20,000 bases of DNA from an uncultured virus (IMG/VR IMGVR_UViG_3300045902_000304). Taxonomy: Duplodnaviria > Heunggongvirae > Uroviricota > Caudoviricetes. The position numbers were made by a program, and so were the translations under genes. The stretch is from the IMG/VR virus record IMGVR_UViG_3300045902_000304; one strand, written 5' to 3'. Below, in pieces: positions 1 through 8,194 of the stretch. The first letter of the stretch is position 1. Each line of letters opens with the position of its first letter. Below the pieces are notes generated by a model. The model did not search any database and was not told the DNA's origin. It was given only the letters and a program-made list of their open reading frames with translations.

Positions 1-1
1 T

Positions 2-2041
2 ACCATAAAGAAGTCGCAGAACTTTGACCCTTCGGCACAAATAGCAAATGCCGCAAAAGCAAGAAATGTTATGGGGCTGGAGGACGAGGAAGATTTAATC
101 TATGTAGGCACTCAAATTATTGAGAGTATCGTAGGTAAAATATCAAAGCAAAAGTATATGCCCAATGTGGCATTTATAGATGCAATGGCAGAGGATGCTA
201 AAATGGACTATGAGGCAAAGCTGTTTGCATCATTAATGCTATCACAAACAGGTGTAGAGATTGCAAAAATAGCCGAGCAAATAGGCATTACACCGGAAGA
301 TATACCTATGGATATGACAGACTTTGAGGTGCGCATAGAAAACCCGCCAAAGCTGTATAAGGAAAGCCAATTAGAGATAGGGATTCAAAGTATTCTTTAT
401 CAAAACAAAATAGAAGATATAAGCTATGAGGTATTATCGGATTTGGCTATTGATGGGATAGGCATTTTACATATCAACAGGTCAATGAATCAGCGCTCAA
501 TAAGCCGAGTTGACCCGATGAATTTTGGGTGCAGCAACTTCACCGATATAGGGGCTAAGGATATGGCGTTTGCCTATCACATTGACTTAGTAGATATCCC
601 TAAATTAAAGTACGAGGCACAAGGGCAAATAGACCCCGAAAAATTAAAGCAATTAAAGCCCGAGAAATACGCATATAATTATGGGTGGCTAATGTATGGC
701 TCAATGCTTAATTCAAGCTTGGTAAGTACCAATTTTGACAATAAAGCAATACGTATAAACTTCCAGATAACTACTAATAGCACCTACTATTTATTAGTAA
801 TGGAAGATGGACAGATTGTATATTCGGAAGACCCAAAAAGCGGCGGGAAGCCCGTTACTTTTAGAGAGCAATATACAGGCAAGTATATACCACAAATAGG
901 GGCTACATACGACTATGTGCGAAACAAAAGAATAGCACAGCCAATAACTCCAAACCCGGAAGAATGGTATAAGATTGATGTTACAAAGATATTTGGCGAC
1001 TATGTTGTGCAGACGGTAGGATTAAAAAGTGGTCGTATAGTTTCTTTGCTTGACAAAATAATGCCACATCTAAAAGCCATAAAACAGTCATGGCAAAAAT
1101 ATGTAGAGGCAGTAGATACGTTTATCCCTTTTATTACCGAGATAAACTACAATGCCATAGCTGACAATGTGCTTATAGGCAATGAGACATTAAGCAGAGA
1201 TGCTCTCATAGATTTATTTTTTAGTAAAAAAATAGTCGTTAAGGGTAAGATAGAAACCATAATGCCCGGGGGTAGGAATCAGCAAGCAGACCAAGCGGTT
1301 CAAATTATAGCCAATCAGGGTCAGCAAATGATAACTATGCTAAGGCAGGAGTTGGAAGGGCTTGTGACATTCACTAAAAGTATGGCAGGTACTCCTGATA
1401 TAGTTATGGGTGGTACGCCAAGTCCGTATATGCCGAAGGGTGTGGCTATGATGCAGGCAGAAGGTGCAGACAATAGTATGTATAATATAATATCGGCTAA
1501 TTATAGGATGCACCAGACCCTAATGGAGAACCTAATGTTTGACATGATAGTAAATGGGTATAAGGGGGTATATAGAAACAAGCCAGTTATTATCAATCCT
1601 GACAATTTTAATGCTGTGATAGCCAATTTGTCTGTGGAGTTGTCGCCTACACCAGAGCAGTGGAGCATATTGTTCAATGAGCTTGAACAAGCTAAGGCCA
1701 ACGGAACAGTAGATTTATCTACAATTGCACTCATACAAAGCATGGCCAATGCAAATGGTAATTTGAAACAGGCGCAAATGATGCTTGCGACCATAGAAAA
1801 AAGGAAGCGCATAGAGGCGCAGCAGCAAAGTATAGCATTGCAAAAAGCCAATGGAGAAGAACAGAGGGCAACAGCAGAAATGACCAATGCAATGAAGGTA
1901 GAGCTTGAAAGAGTGAAGGGAGAACAAATGAGGCTTACTAAACTATTGGAGAAGCTATTGGAAGAAAGCAAACAACCGCTAACTTTGCAAAGCGGATTAG
2001 ATATGGTGTCAAAGATTGATACCCCAGAGGAACAACAATAA
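2..2041 (+). CDS. Portal protein, crAss-like/Bacteroidota phage type (5'-truncated by the window edge)
   Basis: The frame is open from base 2 (TIKKSQNFDPSAQ...) into the 656-aa ORF, so the real start is probably upstream. Motifs 'ISRVDPMNF...AYHIDLVDIPKLK', 'SLLDKIMPH' and 'GGTP...GVAMMQAE' match my recollection of crAss-like/Flavobacteria phage portals. The C-terminus is Q/E/K-rich and coiled-coil-like, and the gene lies just before the scaffold and capsid genes. Confidence 0.8.
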   Translation, partial: TIKKSQNFDPSAQIANAAKARNVMGLEDEEDLIYVGTQIIESIVGKISKQKYMPNVAFIDAMAEDAKMDYEAKLFASLMLSQTGVEIAKIAEQIGITPEDIPMDMTDFEVRIENPPKLYKESQLEIGIQSILYQNKIEDISYEVLSDLAIDGIGILHINRSMNQRSISRVDPMNFGCSNFTDIGAKDMAFAYHIDLVDIPKLKYEAQGQIDPEKLKQLKPEKYAYNYGWLMYGSMLNSSLVSTNFDNKAIRINFQITTNSTYYLLVMEDGQIVYSEDPKSGGKPVTFREQYTGKYIPQIGATYDYVRNKRIAQPITPNPEEWYKIDVTKIFGDYVVQTVGLKSGRIVSLLDKIMPHLKAIKQSWQKYVEAVDTFIPFITEINYNAIADNVLIGNETLSRDALIDLFFSKKIVVKGKIETIMPGGRNQQADQAVQIIANQGQQMITMLRQELEGLVTFTKSMAGTPDIVMGGTPSPYMPKGVAMMQAEGADNSMYNIISANYRMHQTLMENLMFDMIVNGYKGVYRNKPVIINPDNFNAVIANLSVELSPTPEQWSILFNELEQAKANGTVDLSTIALIQSMANANGNLKQAQMMLATIEKRKRIEAQQQSIALQKANGEEQRATAEMTNAMKVELERVKGEQMRLTKLLEKLLEESKQPLTLQSGLDMVSKIDTPEEQQ

Positions 2042-2056
2042 TCAAAAAGTATATAT

Positions 2057-3136
2057 ATGGAAACGCAAGATTTAATATTAGCGGCTCGTGATGAGATGCA
2101 AAAGGCATTTCAAGCAGCAGCACCAGCCGAGCCGATAGCACCAGCCGAGCCAGCACCAGCCGAGCCGATAGCACCAGCCGAGCCAGCACCAGCCGAGCCG
2201 ATAGCACCAGCCGAGCCAGCACCTGCCGAGCCGATAGCACCAGCCGAGCCAGCTCCAGCAGAGCCGATAGCACCAGCCGAGCCTATACCAGCCGAGCCAG
2301 TACCTGCATTTACTCTTACCGAAGAAGAAAGGAATCAGATTACAAATTTGCTTGATAAGCTAAGAGACCCTGCACAGGCTATGGAGTATTTTGCCGATAA
2401 AGTGGCCGGCATTGATAATATATCCGTTGAAGATGTTTTGAAGGCAAGGTTTTCACAAAGTAAGTTTGGCTCAAACCCCAAAAACTATGATTTGTGGTTA
2501 AAGGCTAATTATCCCGGTATTGACCTTACCAACGAGATTAATTTCGACTTGGGAGAACAAGAGTACAATAAGCTATTGCTTGAAGTAGAAGCTTACAAAT
2601 CGGAACTTAAGGCCGAGAAACTTAATGCCTTAAAAAGCGAGCTTGAGATATTGCGCAAAGCCGCAGAAGCAATAAAACCCAGCCAACCACAAAACATTAT
2701 TGAAGATGAGGCCATACAAAAAGCAATAATCAAACAGGTCGAAGATGTATTTAATAACTATGTGCCTGAACCTATCGCTGTTAATGTAGAAGGGTTTGTG
2801 CCGATAGATGTTAAATCCGATACGTTTTTGCAGAAGCTTGATGCAGAGATACTCAAATTGAGCCAAGCGGGTCAGATAGCATACGTATCAGATAGCAATG
2901 GCATAATGCACCCTGACATTAAAAGCATTAAGGATAGGCTGTATTTACAGGAAACAATAAAAAGTCTGCAAGCGCAATTGCCTACTCTAAAAAAAGAGGT
3001 AGCCAATCAAGTTATTGCAGATGTTAGCAAGATAGCACAGCCCCCTTCTGCTTCGGCAGCACCAGAACCAGGGGGTAATTCAAATAGCCTTGTTGAATTT
3101 ATGGCTAACAAAGCTATGCTATATGCTAATAGATAA
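2057..3136 (+). CDS. Putative capsid scaffolding/assembly protein with an N-terminal Pro-Ala-Glu repeat
   Basis: 359 aa between portal and capsid genes. Low-complexity acidic N-terminus, helical E/K-rich body. Call is from synteny. Confidence 0.6.
   Translation: METQDLILAARDEMQKAFQAAAPAEPIAPAEPAPAEPIAPAEPAPAEPIAPAEPAPAEPIAPAEPAPAEPIAPAEPIPAEPVPAFTLTEEERNQITNLLDKLRDPAQAMEYFADKVAGIDNISVEDVLKARFSQSKFGSNPKNYDLWLKANYPGIDLTNEINFDLGEQEYNKLLLEVEAYKSELKAEKLNALKSELEILRKAAEAIKPSQPQNIIEDEAIQKAIIKQVEDVFNNYVPEPIAVNVEGFVPIDVKSDTFLQKLDAEILKLSQAGQIAYVSDSNGIMHPDIKSIKDRLYLQETIKSLQAQLPTLKKEVANQVIADVSKIAQPPSASAAPEPGGNSNSLVEFMANKAMLYANR
2120..2308 (+). repeat. Coding tandem repeat, 5 x 33 bp (APAEPIAPAEP) plus a degenerate tail
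   Basis: Unit gcaccagccgagccgatagcaccagccgagcca starts at 2120, 2153, 2186, 2219 and 2252. The first three are identical, the last two carry synonymous changes. Followed by IPAEPVPA to 2308. Confidence 0.97.
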
Positions 3137-3140
3137 TTTT

Positions 3141-3154
3141 TTTGTATATTTGCG
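3141..3154 (+). promoter_or_regulatory. Bacteroidota-type sigma promoter -7 box upstream of the major capsid gene
   Basis: TATATTTG at 3145-3152 fits TAnnTTTG and lies in the 52-bp intergenic gap before ATG 3189. No clean -33 TTTG box at the expected spacing. Confidence 0.65.
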
Positions 3155-3188
3155 GAATTAAACAACCATTATTTTAAAACTTTAAGTT

Positions 3189-4631
3189 ATGAACTCTCCA
3201 TTTGCTCAGATTACATCTACAACCCCCCCTTGGTCTGGAGGTGCAGCAGGCATAGACATAAATGGCGCTGCCAGTTTGTTTTTTGACCAGCTGCAAAAAA
3301 TGCAGAAGTGGCTTAGGCCAACCGAAGCTGTTTATGACGACAAACTGTTTCTTGGCACAGGCTCAATGCGTGCAGATTTACTGGGCATGGATGCCTATGG
3401 TGTTCAAGTAAATACAGACTTGATTTTTACAACCGAAACAGGCACATTGTTTCCGCCTATTAGCGGTGTCAGAACATCAGGCGGTGCAACGCCCGGTGCA
3501 GAGGCAGTTATCACGCTTGATGCAAGTAGCGTTTACTCTATAAATGGCAGCTTTGTATCATCTATTGCAGTAGGTAACATCTATGGTATAAACGGCACGC
3601 CTTACTCTTTTAGGGTAAATGCAGTTACAAAACCAATAAACAGCGCAACGCATACACTCACGGTAAAGCCGGAACAAAATGTGGCATTAAACACAATACT
3701 GTTAAATTCGGTATCTTACACCTTTGTAAGCCGTACAAGGTCTGACAAACCAGATGTTGAGTTTGGAGGCTCTTTGTATCGTCAGTTTGATAGATTTAAG
3801 CATGGCACAGGCTATATCAACACTTCACAGGACTTGACAAGTGAAGATTACAGACAGTTTACTTCTTTCTTGCTATCAACTGGCAATAATGTACCGGGTA
3901 CTGTGTTTGCCGATGATGTAATGACGAGACACGAAAGCGACAAGCATTTCCAAGTGCTGTTTGGTAGCGGTCTCATCCAAGACGGTGCGCCTTCTACATT
4001 AGGTACTTGGAATTACATCACCTCTTTTGGGGAAGGCATGGTGCTACCATCAGGGCTTGAAACAGTTTCTGACGTACAGGACATAGTTCTACAAGCTAAA
4101 ATACGTCAGGCAGGACAAGGGTTGTTGAAATTGTATATGGGTTCAAACAGAAAGTCTGCATTTGATGCCTTGTACGAGAATAGTACATCTAAGTTTGACA
4201 TACCCGAAAAACGCAACGACCAAATTGTGTATGCTTACGGCACAAAAGGCATAATCATTGATGGTGCTATGGTAGAGTTCAAAGAGTGGTTAGAACTCAA
4301 CTCAAACCGTATGTCAGACATTACCACAGGCATTGACGAATACAGAAGCAACTATTGGCAAAATGTGGTAGCGGTGCTGCCTTCTTCAAAGGTTACAACT
4401 TTTGATGCAAGAACCCAAAAAGATGTGACTGTGCCAATGTTCCAAGTAATAAGCAAAGGAGTGCCAGAGCGAGTTACTATGGGCGGTGAACCTGTGCTTT
4501 TACCACGCCGAGTAGTGCTACAAGAGCCATCAGACCTCAACAAAATGGCATACCGGCTGACAATCAATGAGGACTTTGGCGTGGCCGGAACGCTTGTGAG
4601 AAAAGCAGGTTACATTGTACCAACCGCATAA
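3189..4631 (+). CDS. Major capsid protein (probable HK97 fold, crAss-like size)
   Basis: 480 aa after portal and scaffold, bracketed by a promoter box and a strong terminator as expected for a highly expressed gene. Has a beta-rich insertion (about aa 90-185) and a capsid-like C-terminus ('LTINEDFGVAG'). Confidence 0.75.
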   Translation: MNSPFAQITSTTPPWSGGAAGIDINGAASLFFDQLQKMQKWLRPTEAVYDDKLFLGTGSMRADLLGMDAYGVQVNTDLIFTTETGTLFPPISGVRTSGGATPGAEAVITLDASSVYSINGSFVSSIAVGNIYGINGTPYSFRVNAVTKPINSATHTLTVKPEQNVALNTILLNSVSYTFVSRTRSDKPDVEFGGSLYRQFDRFKHGTGYINTSQDLTSEDYRQFTSFLLSTGNNVPGTVFADDVMTRHESDKHFQVLFGSGLIQDGAPSTLGTWNYITSFGEGMVLPSGLETVSDVQDIVLQAKIRQAGQGLLKLYMGSNRKSAFDALYENSTSKFDIPEKRNDQIVYAYGTKGIIIDGAMVEFKEWLELNSNRMSDITTGIDEYRSNYWQNVVAVLPSSKVTTFDARTQKDVTVPMFQVISKGVPERVTMGGEPVLLPRRVVLQEPSDLNKMAYRLTINEDFGVAGTLVRKAGYIVPTA

Positions 4632-4652
4632 ACTATAAACTAAACAACCACG

Positions 4653-4685
4653 TAATAAAAGAGGTATTAAAAACCTCTTTTATTA
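4653..4685. terminator. Intrinsic terminator after the capsid gene, potentially bidirectional
   Basis: Perfect 13-bp inverted repeat taataaaagaggt / acctcttttatta with a 7-nt loop; the A and T tracts form part of the arms. Confidence 0.8.
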
Positions 4686-4723
4686 TAGCCAAACGAAATA
4701 AAGGTAATAAATAAATAACCTAT

Positions 4724-5680
4724 ATGACCCCAGACGTAATATACAAGCAAGAGAGAGTTAAGTACAACAGGTATGAGCAACTGCCCGAAAAGATGCGTGA
4801 TGAAATAAAGGCACGCATGGATGCTTTCGGCAAGAACGAAATAAAGCTTTTTTATATGCCGAGGCATAATAACCACAGGATGCAAGTAGAAAGAGTGGTA
4901 ACCGTCAATGGTAGCGAAGCTAAAGTACTTACATCTTATGACAGGCCGATAGGCAATATCAGGCTTCAAAGCAGGTGGATAGTAACGCTTGAAATAGAAG
5001 GTGAAATCTATAATTTCCCCTTTGGGTTTATATCAAAGACAACCCCTGACGGCAAGCCAACATGGTCTCCTCCGACAGTAAAAGGAGACGGAACATTTGA
5101 ATTGCAAGGCTCTAACCCGGAACACAGAGAAATCTACAAGGCACTATTAGTTTTCCCTTTCTTTAAGAACAGCATATTTTCTAAAGAATACATCGAGCAA
5201 ATGGGTATTCGTCAGACGATTGAGGAAATTAAGTACAACCAACAAACACAAAATGCGATAAACGAAGTGGATAGAGTGCTTGCAAGAGCTTCGTTCCTCG
5301 ACAAGCTTGCAACACAACAGCTTGATATATTGAAGCGCAAGTTTGGAGTAGATAGCCATGAAAAAGTCATAAACAATGTTAAGGCCTATATTAAGCATTA
5401 TACAGATGCAGAGTGGGATAACTTTTTATCAGAATTAGCTATTGCCACTTTTACAGAAGCTTACGAGCTTGCAGCAGGTGCGTTTATATCTATTGAAGGG
5501 AATGTGGTAACCACTAAAACAGGCAAGACATTTACTATACCAATGGATTTCAACAATATTACCAACATCAAAGACCGAATTACAGCATGGGCAACAAACG
5601 CTCAGGCAGGGAAAGAGTTTCGTACACAAATAATTAATGAGTATCTTAGCGGGCAATACAGCACTAAAAAAGCTAAGTAA
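4724..5680 (+). CDS. Conserved phage protein following the capsid gene (head-module associated, function unknown)
   Basis: 318-aa ORF, tightly packed. Its stop overlaps the next ATG (TAATG). Position matches the conserved post-capsid gene of crAss-like phages. Confidence 0.55.
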   Translation: MTPDVIYKQERVKYNRYEQLPEKMRDEIKARMDAFGKNEIKLFYMPRHNNHRMQVERVVTVNGSEAKVLTSYDRPIGNIRLQSRWIVTLEIEGEIYNFPFGFISKTTPDGKPTWSPPTVKGDGTFELQGSNPEHREIYKALLVFPFFKNSIFSKEYIEQMGIRQTIEEIKYNQQTQNAINEVDRVLARASFLDKLATQQLDILKRKFGVDSHEKVINNVKAYIKHYTDAEWDNFLSELAIATFTEAYELAAGAFISIEGNVVTTKTGKTFTIPMDFNNITNIKDRITAWATNAQAGKEFRTQIINEYLSGQYSTKKAK

Positions 5681-5871
5681 TGGACACATTAGAAACTCTT
5701 AAGGCTAAATTATTAAAGAAATTACAGATAGATGCTAAAAATGGGTGTTCGTGGTCGCAAGAAGCATTTGATTTAAAAATATGCTATAATATTGCAAAGA
5801 CCCGTACATTTATAGGCGATATGATAAGTGCCAACAGGGTGTTGACATTTACATATAACAACTATCGGTGA
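5680..5871 (+). CDS. Small hypothetical protein (63 aa)
   Basis: The ATG overlaps the upstream stop (TAATG), consistent with translational coupling; it fills the operon gap. Confidence 0.65.
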   Translation: MDTLETLKAKLLKKLQIDAKNGCSWSQEAFDLKICYNIAKTRTFIGDMISANRVLTFTYNNYR

Positions 5872-5877
5872 TTGCTT

Positions 5878-6537
5878 ATGGATAATTTGACAGTAAAATT
5901 CTGGCATCTTGAAAAGATACCGCACGATTGGGAGATAGTTAGCTTCTACGAAAGCTGCTTGTCTTGGAATATATTTAACGGCTCTATTGTAATGGTATGC
6001 AATAGAGCCTTTTTATTGTCGGTAATAGAGCCATTAGAAATAGAGAGCCTGTTTGTGGATATAATAGTGGCGGAGGAGTACAAGCACGGCAGAGCACCTT
6101 TGTACATAGAGTTCCCTTTGGGGACAATATTTACATCAAACACACATTCGCAGTATGAAGATTTGAATAAGTACAACTTTGATGCAACTAAAACTTTGCT
6201 GCATACAGGTGAAAAGGGCGGAGAAATTTCAAGAGAAATTATAGTTTGGAACACCGATAAAAAACTTGATGACTATGTTGCCTTATGCACAGATTACGTG
6301 GCTCAAGGCGAAGATATAGACATTGTAGAGGGCAAGCTCCTATACGAAATGTATAATTATGACAGTGCAATGATTTACCATGATGCGGGGGTTAATAGGC
6401 ACGCATTAAATAATAATCCAAAAATTGCCGAAAACTTTGTAAATTTGCGTATGAAAACCATGCAGCAACACATGGGAGATAAAGCAACCCAAAATCTAAA
6501 ATCAAAGCTATGTCAACTACAAACTTTCCGGGCATAA
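5878..6537 (+). CDS. Hypothetical protein (about 219 aa)
   Basis: The ORF track starts at TTG 5872, but ATG 5878 is more likely. No motif recognised. The 3' end overlaps the next gene by 28 bp. Confidence 0.65.
   Translation: MDNLTVKFWHLEKIPHDWEIVSFYESCLSWNIFNGSIVMVCNRAFLLSVIEPLEIESLFVDIIVAEEYKHGRAPLYIEFPLGTIFTSNTHSQYEDLNKYNFDATKTLLHTGEKGGEISREIIVWNTDKKLDDYVALCTDYVAQGEDIDIVEGKLLYEMYNYDSAMIYHDAGVNRHALNNNPKIAENFVNLRMKTMQQHMGDKATQNLKSKLCQLQTFRA
6436..6449 (+). promoter_or_regulatory. Second putative Bacteroidota -7 promoter box, inside the upstream CDS
   Basis: tttgtaaatttgcg matches tttgtatatttgcg (3141-3154) at 13/14 positions and lies about 60 bp upstream of ATG 6510. Confidence 0.45.
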
Positions 6538-7319
6538 AAATATTCAGAAGCACTGTTAATAACAGAGCGATAGCCATATCCAATAGTGGCACAGGCACTC
6601 CAAATGATGAAATACCTATCCCCACATTATTAACAGGAACGCTTGCCAGTATATCTGGGGCAACAGTTGTAGGTGCGGGTACGGCTTTTGATACAGAAGT
6701 AGAGATAGGGCAAAACCTATACTTTATCAACCTTAACGGAACGCCTATACTTGTGGGCAAGGTGCAGTCAATCAATAGCGCAACAAACATAACGCTAACG
6801 GCCAACGCTTCATCATCGCCTGCATCTGGCTCTACTTTGGCGGTATCTCAAAAGTTTACAGGCACACAAGAGGTATTTCTTGTAAGGATACCAACGGTTG
6901 CTATAAACGATTCAATAAGAGCCATACCAAACATTGCTCAATTAAGACAAGCTAATCAGCTTAACGTGGTGCAGTATTGCAGTTTAAGCAGAACATCAGC
7001 GGTAGGGCAGCCTTTAGTAAATTCAACATTTGCCAATGTGCCATTTACATTACTAAGTCAGAATCAGTTCGCCGCAGGGGCATTACCCAACACAAGATTT
7101 ACCAATGCCGGGCAGCTACCTGCATTTATATGGATACAGATTACCCCTGTGGTTGATGGCAATAATAGATTATTTCAAAGCACGCAATGGCTGCATGACT
7201 GGGAAGAAAATTTGCCTTCAATACAAATAACCTTAAACACTCCTGACCAAACATTAAGAAATGCAGGTTATGTAGTGCAAAGCGGTCAAACAGCAGGAGG
7301 CGCACCATCAACCAACTAA
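6510..7319 (+). CDS. Virion structural protein (beta-rich; decoration or tail-associated)
   Basis: 269 aa, T/S/G/N-rich. 'TGTLASISGATVVGAGTAFDTEVEIGQ' resembles a motif common in phage fibre and decoration proteins. Confidence 0.55.
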   Translation: MSTTNFPGIKIFRSTVNNRAIAISNSGTGTPNDEIPIPTLLTGTLASISGATVVGAGTAFDTEVEIGQNLYFINLNGTPILVGKVQSINSATNITLTANASSSPASGSTLAVSQKFTGTQEVFLVRIPTVAINDSIRAIPNIAQLRQANQLNVVQYCSLSRTSAVGQPLVNSTFANVPFTLLSQNQFAAGALPNTRFTNAGQLPAFIWIQITPVVDGNNRLFQSTQWLHDWEENLPSIQITLNTPDQTLRNAGYVVQSGQTAGGAPSTN

Positions 7320-7331
7320 TTTATTAAGCCC

Positions 7332-8189
7332 ATGCCTAAGTTCACATTTAGCACATCTGGGCGGTTGAGCGTTTATTTTGATACAATAAACGCTACACAC
7401 TCTTTTGAAACAGGTGGAGTGGCTGCGGCATACATGGAGACGATTTCAGAATCGGCTTTATTTGAAACGTCTGGCAAGGCTTTGGCTGCTTTTGAAACAA
7501 TAAAAAATGTAGCCACATTTCAATCTGCTTCAACTATTAGAACCCCCTTTGAGACCTTTGGCGACAATGTTACCAAAGAACTATTGCTAAGGATAGGGCA
7601 AATAACTATTAGCAATGATTGCAGCACAATAACTGTAACGGATGATACAGGCGTATTTGAAGCAGGAGTAAATAATGGTGGCTATACACCGGAAGATGGC
7701 ACAGGAACACTACTAAGACCCAAAAGGAGTGAGGTAGATTTATATGTATTGACACAAAACATGACCACCCCTAACGCCCCTTTGGTGTATCATTTTATTT
7801 CAGACCCAACGGCAGTGCCATTTGTAGGTGAGGCAATAATATCTGAAAGCGGTATATACAGGGTGTATATGCTGGCTGTGCCTACGGGTGAAGATGTAGG
7901 TGATGAGCCTTCAATACAAGACTTTGTAAACACTACACTCGGATGGTTTATTGTAGAGGCAGCGATAGTGGTAAACTGCGAACTTGGAGACTGTGTGGCT
8001 ACAAGAGAATGGGATTACTTTGAGCAATTAGAATGCGGTAAGTGCGATAAAACATTTGTAGAGTTTTACTCAAACCTAATGGCTTTGTATGAAGCGCTTG
8101 GCACAAAAGACTATAATTTGGCCAATATCCTATATGCAGATTTGATTAAGGATTGTCAAGATAGAGGCTGTGGATGTAAAAACTGTTAA
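7332..8189 (+). CDS. Putative virion structural protein with a Cys-rich C-terminus
   Basis: 285 aa. Contains 'CSTITVTDDTG..NNGGY', degenerate N-terminal FET repeats and C-terminal C..C/CGKC/DCQDRGCGCKNC. Lies immediately before the fibre gene. Confidence 0.55.
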   Translation: MPKFTFSTSGRLSVYFDTINATHSFETGGVAAAYMETISESALFETSGKALAAFETIKNVATFQSASTIRTPFETFGDNVTKELLLRIGQITISNDCSTITVTDDTGVFEAGVNNGGYTPEDGTGTLLRPKRSEVDLYVLTQNMTTPNAPLVYHFISDPTAVPFVGEAIISESGIYRVYMLAVPTGEDVGDEPSIQDFVNTTLGWFIVEAAIVVNCELGDCVATREWDYFEQLECGKCDKTFVEFYSNLMALYEALGTKDYNLANILYADLIKDCQDRGCGCKNC

Positions 8190-8194
8190 GTGTA

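Noticed and set aside
3159..4650. 10-bp direct repeat taaacaacca flanking the capsid gene
   Set aside because: Short A/C-rich sequence typical of Bacteroidota untranslated regions; no evidence of mobility.
5680..6537. The 63-aa ORF and the next ORF are in frame across a single TGA (possible readthrough or alternative genetic code, as in some crAss-like phages)
   Set aside because: An ATG follows 6 nt later, in-frame adjacency has a 1-in-3 chance, and all long genes are intact under the standard code at high coding density.
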